A DNA stretch of 64,000 bases from Patescibacteria group bacterium (GTDB lineage Bacteria > Patescibacteriota > Patescibacteriia > Magasanikbacterales > UBA922). Below the pieces are notes generated by a model. The model was not told the origin of the DNA. It searched no databases and was given only the letters and a program-made list of their open reading frames with translations. The stretch covers positions 2,034 through 66,033 of the forward strand of contig JAQUAW010000001.1 in the NCBI GenBank assembly GCA_028687045.1. The letters are read 5' to 3'. Positions 37,437 to 49,338 of the stretch are shown here, one piece after another. The position numbers and the translations under genes were made by a program. Each line of letters opens with the position of its first letter. Position 1 is the stretch's first letter.

Positions 37437-38862
37437 TATTAATTAAAGTCTGCAAAAATGGTGGCAAATAGACACTCAAAATAACTATAATAGTAACAAA
37501 TAAAATTTGTGGAATAAACAACCAAATATTATTTTCACCTTTTTCAATATTGTCTGGTTTTTCTCCAAAAAACATAGCTGTAAAATGTTTCAAAAAACTT
37601 ACAAAAACTAAAGCGAGAAAAAACAGAGCAATCAAACTAACGACAGGATACTCTTTCATACCAGCTGACAAAATGTAAAGTTTGGTCATAAACATTCCAA
37701 ATGGTGGCACACCTGTCACAATCAGAAAACCAATAAGGGAAAGTACACCCGTCACAGGCAAGACTTTCAAAGCTCCTTTGACATTGAAAATTTTGGCAGA
37801 ACTATATTTCAATAACAAATTTCCTGTAGATAAAAAGAGTACGACTCTGACACAAGAATGATAAACAATATGAAGTATTGCTGCAAAAATACCTAATCCT
37901 CCAAAACCAAAACCAAGTGCCATTACACCGGCATTTTCAATACTAGAATAAGCAAGCAATCTTTTGTAATTTTTGGCATTGAACATAATCAAAGCTGAGA
38001 CAACAATAGACAATAGACCAAAAACAATCAATAGTGTTTGACTAAACAAAGGTCCAACGGCAATGTCTACAATAACCTTGTATCTAAGCATAATCACAAA
38101 AGCAATTGGCAACAAAGCGCCGGATAACAAAGCGCCTATAGGTGCTGGTGCTTTGCTATAAGCATCTGGTTTCCAAGTGTGCATTGGTACAAAACCAATC
38201 TTAGTACCATAACCAATAAGTACAAAAACAAAAGCAATTTTAGCAAGCAAGGGGTCAAGATGAATAGCATTACTAGTCAATGTTTGCCAGTCCACCAAAC
38301 CAACACTAGACAAATCAATAGAGGTAAAAAATAATAATGTTCCAAAAAATCCCAAAAGTAAACCAACAGAATTGATAATCAAATATTTCCAAGCTCCTTC
38401 AATCGCTGATGGTTTATTGTAAAAACTTATCAAAAAGGCAGTAGACAGTGTGGTAGCTTCAATAGAAATCCAAGCAAAAATAGGATTGCTAGAGGTAATT
38501 GCCAAAAACATCGCTACAAAAAACATATTCAACAAAACAAAATATTGTTTTACACGTGTAAAACCAATAATACTTTTTTGCATTTCTTGACGTAAATATT
38601 GTACAGAATAAATAGTAGTAGCAAAACCAACAAAACCAAGAACCAAGACAATAATAGCACCCAAAGAATCAATTGAAAAAAATCTTCCAGAACCTGGTGT
38701 ATAAATTCCCAATGAAGACACTTTTAGAGCTACTACAATAGACAACACCAAAGAAATTAATGAAGAAACTACTGATACAACTTCAATAACTACTTTTCTT
38801 TTAGAAAGAAGATTTATTATCGCTGCAATAAACAAAGTTATTATTATAAAAAAAATTTCCAT
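37417..38862 (-). CDS. NuoN/NuoM/MrpD-like antiporter-type membrane subunit
   Basis: 481 aa, about 14 TM helices, with family-typical motifs. Confidence 0.7.
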   Translation of the reverse strand: MEIFFIIITLFIAAIINLLSKRKVVIEVVSVVSSLISLVLSIVVALKVSSLGIYTPGSGRFFSIDSLGAIIVLVLGFVGFATTIYSVQYLRQEMQKSIIGFTRVKQYFVLLNMFFVAMFLAITSSNPIFAWISIEATTLSTAFLISFYNKPSAIEGAWKYLIINSVGLLLGFFGTLLFFTSIDLSSVGLVDWQTLTSNAIHLDPLLAKIAFVFVLIGYGTKIGFVPMHTWKPDAYSKAPAPIGALLSGALLPIAFVIMLRYKVIVDIAVGPLFSQTLLIVFGLLSIVVSALIMFNAKNYKRLLAYSSIENAGVMALGFGFGGLGIFAAILHIVYHSCVRVVLFLSTGNLLLKYSSAKIFNVKGALKVLPVTGVLSLIGFLIVTGVPPFGMFMTKLYILSAGMKEYPVVSLIALFFLALVFVSFLKHFTAMFFGEKPDNIEKGENNIWLFIPQILFVTIIVILSVYLPPFLQTLINNAVLQY

Positions 38863-38866
38863 ATTT

Positions 38867-39514
38867 TTAATCTTTTAATTTTTTCATTGAAGAAACATTC
38901 AATGTTCCAAAATGTTTATACAACATTGAAATAAAAATTGAGGCAATCATAATCCAAATAAAAATATTAAAAATAATTCCTAATTGAAGAGAAGCCGACT
39001 GCTCTAACTCAGCAAAAACAGCAAACATCACGATACTATTTTCAAAAGACAAAATACCAATAATTTGTGACAAAGCCCCTTTACGATTGACTATCAAAAA
39101 CAAAGAAAGAAACATCGATGACAAAGCAAGAGATAACAGCATTTGATGATCTGACACAATACTAGTCAAAGGAACAAACTTTTGTGAATGAGCTATAAAA
39201 ATTAAAACAGCAATAACAATTAAAGTAATTGGTGTATTTAGATAAGTACTAACAGAAAAAGACAAAGCATATTTTTTGATCAGACTAATAAAAAACTTTG
39301 GTGCTACAATAACTTTGACAATCAACATCACAAGTATAACTAATAACATCCACAAATCTTTGGTCTCAAAAAAAGAATTTAATAATATAATAACAACTAC
39401 TAATGATTGCAAGGCATAAGTATACACAGCTGAAACGTTTTTCTTCATTATAAGCAAAAAGACAACAGATAATAGAACTATCTCAGATAAAAATTGTAAA
39501 GTTAATAGATTCAT
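38867..39514 (-). CDS. Small polytopic membrane subunit of the same module, possibly NuoJ/K- or MbhD/HyfE-like
   Basis: 215 aa and hydrophobic. Embedded between the NuoH-like and NuoN-like genes. Confidence 0.4.
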   Translation of the reverse strand: MNLLTLQFLSEIVLLSVVFLLIMKKNVSAVYTYALQSLVVVIILLNSFFETKDLWMLLVILVMLIVKVIVAPKFFISLIKKYALSFSVSTYLNTPITLIVIAVLIFIAHSQKFVPLTSIVSDHQMLLSLALSSMFLSLFLIVNRKGALSQIIGILSFENSIVMFAVFAELEQSASLQLGIIFNIFIWIMIASIFISMLYKHFGTLNVSSMKKLKD

Positions 39515-39547
39515 AAATTATCACTATAAAAAACAAAGTTAGATGTT

Positions 39548-40483
39548 TTATTTAATTGAATAAATAAGTCCAATTGCCACAACATTGAAAATAAAAGAAA
39601 TAAATAATAAATCTGGCAATCGAAAAAATCTAAATTTAGCAATAGTTGATTCTAGCACAGCAATAGCACCACAAAATAAAAATATTTTTATTAAAAAATA
39701 AAAAATACTCAAAGATATCGAAGCCAACCCAACATCAGTACCAAAACCAAATGGAAAAAATAAGTTAGCGCCAAGTACCATAAAAATAAGTAATTTGTTG
39801 GCAGCAGCCCATTCCATCAGTGCCAAACGTTTACCAGAAAATTCCAAAATCATAGCTTCATGCACCATAGTCAATTCCAAATGAGTAGCTGGATTATCAA
39901 AAGGAAATCTGGCAGTCTCAGCCAATAAAACAATGAAAAATCCACCAAAAGCAAGTAATACTGGCAAAAAGTATTGACCACCAATTGATTGACTAAAACT
40001 TGCGATATCAAACAAATTACTAGAACCAGCTATCAAAGCCATGGTTAAAAGTGAAAAAATGAAGCCTCCTTCAGCTAAAGCTGAAATAGTCATTTCACGA
40101 CTTGAACCAAAACCACCAAAAGCACTACCTGTATCAACACCAGCCAAAGCCATAAAAAAAGTACCAATAGCTAAAGTATAAACAACAAATAAAATATCAC
40201 TAGTAACAAAACCTGCAATGCGTGGAAAAAAGATAGGTATACTAAAGCCAACTACCAAAGTTACTGCAAAAACAATATAAGGAGTAAATCGAAAAACCCA
40301 AGAAGCGTCATTACTTATTACTTCATCTTTGTGTAAAAGTTTCCAGATATCTCTGTAAGGTTGAAAAATATTAGCACCTTGACGATTTTGTAACTTAGCT
40401 TTTATTTTTCTAATAATACCAATACACAAAGGTGACAAAGCTGGTACAAAAAATAATTGGATTATCCAAATAAATATTGACAT
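39548..40483 (-). CDS. NuoH/HycD/EchB-like membrane subunit
   Basis: 311 aa; the RIAGFVTSD…GFGSSREMTISALAEGG region matches the NuoH/HyfC fold pattern. Confidence 0.7.
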   Translation of the reverse strand: MSIFIWIIQLFFVPALSPLCIGIIRKIKAKLQNRQGANIFQPYRDIWKLLHKDEVISNDASWVFRFTPYIVFAVTLVVGFSIPIFFPRIAGFVTSDILFVVYTLAIGTFFMALAGVDTGSAFGGFGSSREMTISALAEGGFIFSLLTMALIAGSSNLFDIASFSQSIGGQYFLPVLLAFGGFFIVLLAETARFPFDNPATHLELTMVHEAMILEFSGKRLALMEWAAANKLLIFMVLGANLFFPFGFGTDVGLASISLSIFYFLIKIFLFCGAIAVLESTIAKFRFFRLPDLLFISFIFNVVAIGLIYSIK

Positions 40484-40487
40484 AAAA

Positions 40488-42539
40488 TTATAATATTACG
40501 AGTAGAGCTAGCATAAGAGCTACAAAAATATAAGTGATATAAAGATCGATATTACCATTCTGTATAGTCTTAGCTTTTACAGATAACTTATTGATTACTA
40601 TATGTATAGGTTGATAAAAGTAAGTATTGTATATATTACTAATACTCAAAGTTATTGTTCTTGATTTTGGTAAATATCTATTTTGATCATCATAATACTC
40701 AATATTATTTTGAATAGTTGGTTTGAGCAAACCTTTGAAAATCAATATTATTGATCGTGAGAATCCTGTAGCTGTTATTTCAGCACGTGGAGTAAGATCT
40801 GTACCACAATCCCAAGTATTGGTCTTACATTCTTTTTGTGTTTTGTTAATTACTTTTTTGAAAACGAAAATTACCAAAAAAGTAGCAACCACAAGTAAAA
40901 GAAAAATAAACATACCAGAGATTGAAGAAAATCCATCAGAAACAGTCATACTCTGGTTAGAAGAAATATTTACAGCAGAAGCTGAATTTTTGAAGATACT
41001 CAAACTTTGACTTACGGTATTGATAAGACTAATTACATATCCAGAAAATACACCAAACAAAAGTGTTAATAATGCTAAAGCGCCCATACCTAAACGCATA
41101 GAAAAAGGAGATTCTTTGGCATGTTTCACTTCCTCACTACGTGGACGAGCCAAAAAAGTAGCAGCAAAAGCTTTGACAAAACAAGCAAGTGCTAATCCCC
41201 CAGTAAATACCAATGATCCTGCTGCCAAAATAAAGATCCATTGTGTTACAAACTGCATTTGATTTATTCCTTGAAACAAAGCTTGATAAGTCAACCATTC
41301 ACTAAAAAAACCATTAAACGGTGGCAAAGCAGAAATAGCAATTGAACCAATAAGAAAGAAGAAAGCTGTTTGTGGCATGTACTTTATTAGACCACCATAT
41401 TCTTCCATATTACGAGTATGTACTTGGCTTATTACCGAGCCTGCACTTAAGAAGAGTAAAGCCTTGAAAATAGCATGATTAAGTGTGTGAAATAATGCTG
41501 CACCAAGGCCAAGCAAAGCCAAAGCTGGTAAATTTAGAGAATAAAAAGTCAAAGCACTGCCCAAACCAAGCAAAATAATACCAATGTTTTCTATACTATG
41601 ATAAGCAAGCAATCTCTTGATATCATGTTCAGTCAAAGCATATAAAACTCCGAGTAGAGATGAGATTGAACCAACCACCAAGATTACTAATCCCCACCAG
41701 TATGGTGCTGGAGAAAGAATATCCAAAAACAATCTTACCATCATATAGATACCAGTCTTGATCATAACACCTGAGAGTATTGCTGAAACATAAGAAGGAG
41801 CAGCTGGATGAGCGGCTGGTAACCAAATATGCAATGGGATAATACCAGCTTTCAAGCCAAAACCAATAAAAGCAGAAACAAAAATAATATTTTTTATAAA
41901 TGCAGGAACAAGAGCTATATTTTCTTTTATCACTAGAAAATCAAAAGAACCAATATACTTAAACAAAAGTAAAAAAGCTAAAATAATAAAGGCTGTACCA
42001 ATATAAGTCATCACCAAATACAAAAAACCTGCCTTTACATTATCTTGATCATTTTTTTCATAAACAATCAAGAAATATGAAGTAACTGCCATTATTTCCC
42101 AAAAAATAAGGAAAAAAAGAGCATTAGAAGAAGTTACTACTAAAATAACACTGGCAATAAAAATGTTATAGAAAAATCCAAGAGCGCCAATATTATATTT
42201 TTTGTAATAATGTTTTATATAACCTACACCATAGATAGAACAGAATAAGACTATCAAAGAAACTACAAAAACAAAAAAACTAGACAACAAGTCGATATGA
42301 AAAGACAATGTAAAAAGTGAAAAAACAGATGTTTTCAGATCAAACAACAAACTACTTTTTGTCAAAATTGCTGTAATAGAAAAAATCAAACCCCATAAAG
42401 AACCAGCGATAGCAAAAAAACTACCCCAGCCATTTGCATATTTATCATTTTTGAGGAAAAACAAAGATCCAATGCCTCCAACAAAAAATAAGGAAAGTAA
42501 AATAAAAAAGCTAATTGGTGAGGTAATGATTTCTAACAT
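40488..42539 (-). CDS. NuoL/MrpA/HyfB-like large antiporter subunit
   Basis: 683 aa, about 16-18 TM helices, with the conserved WLPAAHPAAPSYVSAI-type motif. Confidence 0.75.
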   Translation of the reverse strand: MLEIITSPISFFILLSLFFVGGIGSLFFLKNDKYANGWGSFFAIAGSLWGLIFSITAILTKSSLLFDLKTSVFSLFTLSFHIDLLSSFFVFVVSLIVLFCSIYGVGYIKHYYKKYNIGALGFFYNIFIASVILVVTSSNALFFLIFWEIMAVTSYFLIVYEKNDQDNVKAGFLYLVMTYIGTAFIILAFLLLFKYIGSFDFLVIKENIALVPAFIKNIIFVSAFIGFGLKAGIIPLHIWLPAAHPAAPSYVSAILSGVMIKTGIYMMVRLFLDILSPAPYWWGLVILVVGSISSLLGVLYALTEHDIKRLLAYHSIENIGIILLGLGSALTFYSLNLPALALLGLGAALFHTLNHAIFKALLFLSAGSVISQVHTRNMEEYGGLIKYMPQTAFFFLIGSIAISALPPFNGFFSEWLTYQALFQGINQMQFVTQWIFILAAGSLVFTGGLALACFVKAFAATFLARPRSEEVKHAKESPFSMRLGMGALALLTLLFGVFSGYVISLINTVSQSLSIFKNSASAVNISSNQSMTVSDGFSSISGMFIFLLLVVATFLVIFVFKKVINKTQKECKTNTWDCGTDLTPRAEITATGFSRSIILIFKGLLKPTIQNNIEYYDDQNRYLPKSRTITLSISNIYNTYFYQPIHIVINKLSVKAKTIQNGNIDLYITYIFVALMLALLVIL

Positions 42540-42540
42540 A

Positions 42541-43083
42541 TTATTTTTTTTGTGAAGGTTTATTTTCTATTGTTTCAAGAATCTTGAGTAATGATTGAAG
42601 AATAAAAGTAGGTGTAGGAGGATCACCCAGAATTTGATAATCTACAGGTATCACTGAATCTACACCATTTAACACAGCATAAGAATCTTTGAATATTCCA
42701 CCATCAATAGCATCATCCCCTATTGCTACCACAATTTTTGGGTTAGGTGTGCCATCATAGGCATCTTTGAGAGCCTTGGCCATATTTTTCGCTACAGGAC
42801 CAGTCACAAGCAACATGTCAGCGTGTCTTGGTGAAGCCACAAAATGAATACCAAAACGTTCAACATCATAGAAACTGTTAGACAAAGCTACCAATTCTTG
42901 TTCACAAGAGTTGTCTGATCCAGCATCAATTTGTCTGATAGCCAAAGAACCCCTAAATAATTTTTTTACTTTATCTTGTATTTTTTCTCCAATTTCAAAA
43001 AAATCCTTTTGATTAAGATCATCTTTTGAAATAGAAATTATATTTTTTGGTGTTTTGAATATTTTTACAAAAAGTTTCAACAT
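42541..43083 (-). CDS. NuoB/hydrogenase small-subunit homolog with 3 of the 4 Fe-S ligand cysteines replaced
   Basis: Aligns to NuoB: GCCAVEMM becomes NSCEQELV, MGSCANGGG becomes IGDDAIDGG, and PGCPP becomes LGDPP. Confidence 0.7.
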   Translation of the reverse strand: MLKLFVKIFKTPKNIISISKDDLNQKDFFEIGEKIQDKVKKLFRGSLAIRQIDAGSDNSCEQELVALSNSFYDVERFGIHFVASPRHADMLLVTGPVAKNMAKALKDAYDGTPNPKIVVAIGDDAIDGGIFKDSYAVLNGVDSVIPVDYQILGDPPTPTFILQSLLKILETIENKPSQKK

Positions 43084-43267
43084 ATAGACCTTAAAATAAT
43101 ATTTTATTATACTTTACAAAAAATCACTAAAATATAAATATACCTATGATTGGCAAATTTATAACAGGACATATTTTCTCACTAAATAAACTAATTGTCA
43201 ACCCAATAAATTTATATTATACACATGAAAAAATCAAAAAACCACTTTTGAAAAGTGGTTTTACCTT

Positions 43268-43696
43268 TTATCTTAATTTTCTGTATTTGTTGGCAACCCT
43301 GATTCTGTTCATTTCTTTATCAATAAGTGCTTGCAGTCTAGCATAATCAACATCTTCAATATTTTTGACTTTTTCCATTTCTTCTTCAGCTCTCTTATGA
43401 GCTTCTTCAGCTCTAGCAAGATCAATATTATCAGCTCTTTCAGCACTATCAGCCAAGATGACTAATTCACTATTTGCTCTCACTTCCAAAAAACCACCAG
43501 AGATAGCATAAGGATGTTCACCATCTTTATCTTTGATTCTCATTTCTCCAGCTTGAAGAACAGAAACCATAGGAATATGGCTTGGCAATACGGTAATTTC
43601 ACCAGAAGTTGTTGGAATACTTACTTGAAAAACATCATTTTCGTAAACTTTTTTTTCTGGTGTGATTATTGTAAATTTTAAAGTTTGTGTTGACAT
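43268..43696 (-). CDS. atpC: F1 ATP synthase epsilon subunit
   Basis: 142 aa with a beta sandwich and a helical hairpin. Last gene of the atp operon. Confidence 0.8.
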   Translation of the reverse strand: MSTQTLKFTIITPEKKVYENDVFQVSIPTTSGEITVLPSHIPMVSVLQAGEMRIKDKDGEHPYAISGGFLEVRANSELVILADSAERADNIDLARAEEAHKRAEEEMEKVKNIEDVDYARLQALIDKEMNRIRVANKYRKLR

Positions 43697-43706
43697 AGAT
43701 ACAAAT

Positions 43707-43778
43707 TTTATCTCAATATATCTCTATTTTATCTCTATCTTATTATAAGGAGATAAATGGAGATAATGTAGAGATATG
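43707..43778. repeat. GAGATAA/TTATCTC motif cluster between atpD and atpC
   Basis: TTTATCTCAATATATCTCTATTTTATCTCTATCTTATTATAAGGAGATAAATGGAGATAATGTAGAGATATGG. Confidence 0.55.
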
Positions 43779-43785
43779 GTTTTAT

Positions 43786-45174
<1,389 letters not shown>

Positions 45175-45204
45175 TTAATTAATTGATTTGTTTTAAAATA
45201 TTTA

Positions 45205-46170
45205 TTAATTTAACGCTGCAGCACCACCAGCAATTTCCGCAATTTCTTGAGTAATAGCAGCTTGTCTAGTCTTGTTATAAGTAAGATTCAATTCTTTGAT
45301 CATATCATTTGCTGAGTCACCGGCATTTTTCATAGCCAACATGCGAGCACTGTGTTCACTAGCAGAACTTTCAAGTAGAGATTGATATATTTGCATTTCT
45401 ACAAGTCTAGGTAAAATTGTTTTCAAAACTTCAGCTTTACCTGGTTCAAATAAATATTCGTTCAATTGTTCTTGCTTTCCTTTATTCAAAGTTCTTTCTT
45501 TCAAATCTTCATCACGACCAAGCTCAGTAATCATTTTTTCCAAATCAAATTCTGAAATTGGTAACACTTGACGAATCTTAGCTTCTTGAGCCACAGCTGA
45601 ACGATAATCTGTATAAGATACTACAACTTTATCATATTTTTTTTCTATATAATTTCCAATTATCATTTGAGAAGCTACCATTACATCTTCAAGTACTGGT
45701 TTATCTGAAATACTATTGAAAGAAGCAATCAAGTTGTAACCGTGTTTTTTACAAAAATCAGCACCTTTTTTACCAATACCAATCACATCTACTTCCACAC
45801 TTTCACTAGACTGGGTATGTTTATTACGAGCACGTTGAAAACTAATATTTTTTGGATCTTTTAGTTGAGCTGCAGTTTTTTTGATAATATTGGAATTGAA
45901 ACTTCCACACAAACCACGATTGGAAGTAATCAAAATTAATAATATTCTTTTTACTTGTCTTATCTCAAGCAAAGGCATTGATTCCTTTTCAGTCTTTGAC
46001 AAATTTATCAACAAATCCCACGCAGTAGTAGCGTATTCTCTAGTATCCAAAGCAGCCTGCACAGCTTTGCGCATTTTGGCAGCCGAAACCATTTCCATCG
46101 CCTTAGTAATTTTTTTGGTGTTGGAAACTGATTTGATTCTAGTTTTTATTGCTTTAGCACTTACAGCCAT
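45205..46170 (-). CDS. atpG: F1 ATP synthase gamma subunit
   Basis: 321 aa with conserved termini (MAVSAKAIKTRIKSVSNTKKITKAMEMVSAAKMRKA …AITQEIAEIAGGAAAL). Confidence 0.85.
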   Translation of the reverse strand: MAVSAKAIKTRIKSVSNTKKITKAMEMVSAAKMRKAVQAALDTREYATTAWDLLINLSKTEKESMPLLEIRQVKRILLILITSNRGLCGSFNSNIIKKTAAQLKDPKNISFQRARNKHTQSSESVEVDVIGIGKKGADFCKKHGYNLIASFNSISDKPVLEDVMVASQMIIGNYIEKKYDKVVVSYTDYRSAVAQEAKIRQVLPISEFDLEKMITELGRDEDLKERTLNKGKQEQLNEYLFEPGKAEVLKTILPRLVEMQIYQSLLESSASEHSARMLAMKNAGDSANDMIKELNLTYNKTRQAAITQEIAEIAGGAAALN

Positions 46171-46241
46171 ATTATTAAATAAAAAGTTTAAAGTTTAAAG
46201 TATCTGTGTTAATCCGCGTTGTTATCTAATTATTCTGCGTA

Positions 46242-47729
46242 TTATTTCTTAAATTCTTCACAAACACCTTTCAAATCCGCAATGATACTATCATCCCATT
46301 CACCTTTAGAGATTTTTTCTAACAATGATTGGTGACTACCTCTAACAAAATCCAAAAATTTTTCTTCTGTTTTCAAAATATCAGTAACAACAACATCATC
46401 GAAATAACCATTATCTACTGCAAAAATAGAAGCAACTTGATCTTCAACATGCATCGGACTATATTGAGGTTGTTTCATAAGTTCTACTACTCTAGCACCT
46501 CTATCCAATTGTTTCTTTGTTTCGACATCTAGATCACTAGCAAATTGAGCAAAAGCTTCAAGTTCACGATATTGAGCAAGAGCAAGCTTAATTTTACCAG
46601 AAACTTTTTTCATTGGTTTAGTTTGAGCAGCACCACCTACACGAGAAACAGAGATACCGACGTTGACAGCTGGACGAATACCCTTGAAAAACAAATCTGT
46701 TTCCAAGAAAATTTGTCCATCAGTAATAGAAATTACGTTGGTTGGAATATAAGCAGTCACGTCAGAAGCTTGTGTTTCAATAATAGGAAGAGCGGTAATA
46801 GATCCACCACCATGTTCTTTGTTCAAGTTACAAGCACGTTCCAAAAGACGGGAATGAAGATAAAAAACATCTCCAGGATAAGCCTCACGTCCTGGTGGGC
46901 GTCTCAAAAGCAAAGAAATTTCACGATAAGCCCAAGCTTGTTTTGTCAAATCATCATAAACGATTAAGACATCTTCACCTTTATCAGCGAAGTATTCAGC
47001 CATAGTTACACCAGCATACGGAGCAATAAAAGACATCGCAGCAGGATCAGATGCACCAGCTACCACTACAGTTGTGTATTCCATAGCACCATTTTCTTCA
47101 AGTTTAGCTACGATACGAGCTACTTTTGACTCTTTTTGTCCAATAGCTACATAAATACATTTCATGTTTTGACCTTTTTGGTTGATGATAGCATCAATTG
47201 CAATAGCTGTTTTACCAGTTTGACGATCACCAATGATAAGCTCACGTTGTCCACGTCCAATTGGAATCATAGCGTCAATAGCTTTGATACCAGTCTGTAC
47301 AGGAACACCAACAGGTTGACGACTCATCACACCAGGAGCTGTTTTTTCGATAGGATAAAATTCTTTTGTAACAATATCACCTTTACCATCAATAGCTTGT
47401 CCAAGAGCGTTTACCACACGACCAATCACTTTTTCACCAACTGGTACTGACAAAATTCTACCAGTTCTCTTGACAGTATCACCTTCTTTGATTTTTTCAT
47501 ATTCACCCAAAATCATAGCACCTACAGTTTCTTCTTCCAAATTCAAAGCTACACCCATAATACCGCCTGGGAATTCAAGCATCTCTTGAGATTGACAACT
47601 TGTCAGACCACTCATACGAGCAATACCGTCCCCTACTTCAATAACAGTACCGACTTCTTCTACTTCTACTGTTTTTTGAAAAGCAGAAATATGTTTTTTT
47701 AGTTCTTCGATTACTTGATTTGTAGACAT
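46242..47729 (-). CDS. atpA: F1 ATP synthase alpha subunit
   Basis: [11 protein letters not shown] Walker A; 495 aa. Confidence 0.95.
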   Translation of the reverse strand: MSTNQVIEELKKHISAFQKTVEVEEVGTVIEVGDGIARMSGLTSCQSQEMLEFPGGIMGVALNLEEETVGAMILGEYEKIKEGDTVKRTGRILSVPVGEKVIGRVVNALGQAIDGKGDIVTKEFYPIEKTAPGVMSRQPVGVPVQTGIKAIDAMIPIGRGQRELIIGDRQTGKTAIAIDAIINQKGQNMKCIYVAIGQKESKVARIVAKLEENGAMEYTTVVVAGASDPAAMSFIAPYAGVTMAEYFADKGEDVLIVYDDLTKQAWAYREISLLLRRPPGREAYPGDVFYLHSRLLERACNLNKEHGGGSITALPIIETQASDVTAYIPTNVISITDGQIFLETDLFFKGIRPAVNVGISVSRVGGAAQTKPMKKVSGKIKLALAQYRELEAFAQFASDLDVETKKQLDRGARVVELMKQPQYSPMHVEDQVASIFAVDNGYFDDVVVTDILKTEEKFLDFVRGSHQSLLEKISKGEWDDSIIADLKGVCEEFKK

Positions 47730-47744
47730 ATATTTTTTACTAAT

Positions 47745-47775
47745 CTTGAGCGGAGCGAAAGATCTGTAGACCCTG
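47745..47775 (+). repeat. Y-type repeat upstream of the atpA start
   Basis: CTTGAGCGGAGCGAAAGATCTGTAGACCCTG. Confidence 0.6.
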
Positions 47776-47804
47776 CGAACGCTTCTTTTAATTTAAATGT
47801 TTTT

Positions 47805-48191
47805 TTAAATAGTTAAACTTTTTTTTAAATTTGTCAATTGTGTTTTCACACTAGCATCCAATATTTTATCTTCTATTTTCACTCTAATACCACCTATCAA
47901 ATTTTTATCAATCTTTTCTTGAACAAAAACTTCTTTACCAAAAGATTCTTTAATTTTTTTGATAATTTCACTATCCAAATCTCTTGCAGAAGTTACTTCC
48001 AATTCAACTATTCCTTGTTTCTTCTTAAGAATAGTTTCAAATTCAGCTATAATATTATTGGTTTGTTTTATTTTGTGTTTTTTAGCTAGTAGACCCACAA
48101 AATTTTTCAAAACAATATCTAAATCACTAGCATTCAAACCAATAGTCAATTCGTAAAGAGCTTCAGCAAATTGTTTATTAGAAATTTTCAT
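47805..48191 (-). CDS. atpH: F1 ATP synthase delta (OSCP) subunit, short form
   Basis: C-terminal IGGIRVKIEDKILDASV is typical of delta. It sits between atpF and atpA. Confidence 0.65.
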   Translation of the reverse strand: MKISNKQFAEALYELTIGLNASDLDIVLKNFVGLLAKKHKIKQTNNIIAEFETILKKKQGIVELEVTSARDLDSEIIKKIKESFGKEVFVQEKIDKNLIGGIRVKIEDKILDASVKTQLTNLKKSLTI

Positions 48192-48200
48192 ATATTTACG

Positions 48201-48243
48201 TCATTCCGACCCGCCGAATCGGCGGGGAGGGATATTTCTTAAA
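48201..48243 (+). repeat. X-type repeat upstream of the atpH start
   Basis: TCATTCCGACCCGCCGAATCGGCGGGGAGGGATATTTCTTAAA, with the perfect inner stem CCCGCCGA/TCGGCGGG. Confidence 0.65.
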
Positions 48244-48308
48244 TCTAAATTATTTTAATTTACAAAACTTTCAAATGATTCTAAAATACTTTTTCAATTA
48301 ATTTATTA

Positions 48309-48869
48309 TTATTTTTTTAGACTAGCTAAACTATCTTCAATTATTTTTTTGTCAATTTTACCATCCATTTTTTCATTCAAGATTTTTTCTAAAGCAGTTA
48401 CAATAAGTGTAGCTGATTCCTGTCTAATCTCTTCCATCATTTGTACTTTTTCTGTTTGAATACTTTTTTTAGCTTGATCCACAATCACTTCGACTTCACT
48501 TTTAGCTTTTACTTTCATATCCTCACCAAGTTGTTTAGCTTCAGTATGTGCTTTTTCAATTACTTTATTAGCTTCAGCTTTGGCTTCTTTCAATTTGTCT
48601 TGATATTCTTTTTCACTAAGAGCTAAATTAGTTTCAATTTCTTTAGCATTATCAATACTATCATCAATCATTTTTTTACGTTCAGCCAATGTTTTAGTCA
48701 AAGGTTTCAAAATCAAAAACCATAAGATTATAGCAACAACAGTAAAGTTAATAAGTTGAAAAACAAAAAGTTGAGCATTTAAACCCAAAGATGCTGGTAA
48801 ACTTTGTTCAGCAACGCCTGTTTCCTCATGTGTATTTAATGTTTCTTCTGTCATAATAATATTAAACAA
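48309..48869 (-). CDS. atpF: Fo ATP synthase b subunit
   Basis: Single N-terminal TM followed by a long charged helix. Confidence 0.7.
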   Translation of the reverse strand: MFNIIMTEETLNTHEETGVAEQSLPASLGLNAQLFVFQLINFTVVAIILWFLILKPLTKTLAERKKMIDDSIDNAKEIETNLALSEKEYQDKLKEAKAEANKVIEKAHTEAKQLGEDMKVKAKSEVEVIVDQAKKSIQTEKVQMMEEIRQESATLIVTALEKILNEKMDGKIDKKIIEDSLASLKK

Positions 48870-48979
48870 GTAAATAATTATTTGTGTTTATTTGTGTAAC
48901 ATTTGTATTATTTTCAAACAAATAAACCAATGAAACCAAGTTTACCAGTTTTTAGCTAGTAAACTTAGTCTACAACGAT

Positions 48980-49267
<288 letters not shown>

Positions 49268-49338
49268 TTATAAATTAAGTGACCTTTCGATCTTAGTCCC
49301 CTTGAAAATTTCAAGAAGATTGAAGATTGAAATGTCTT

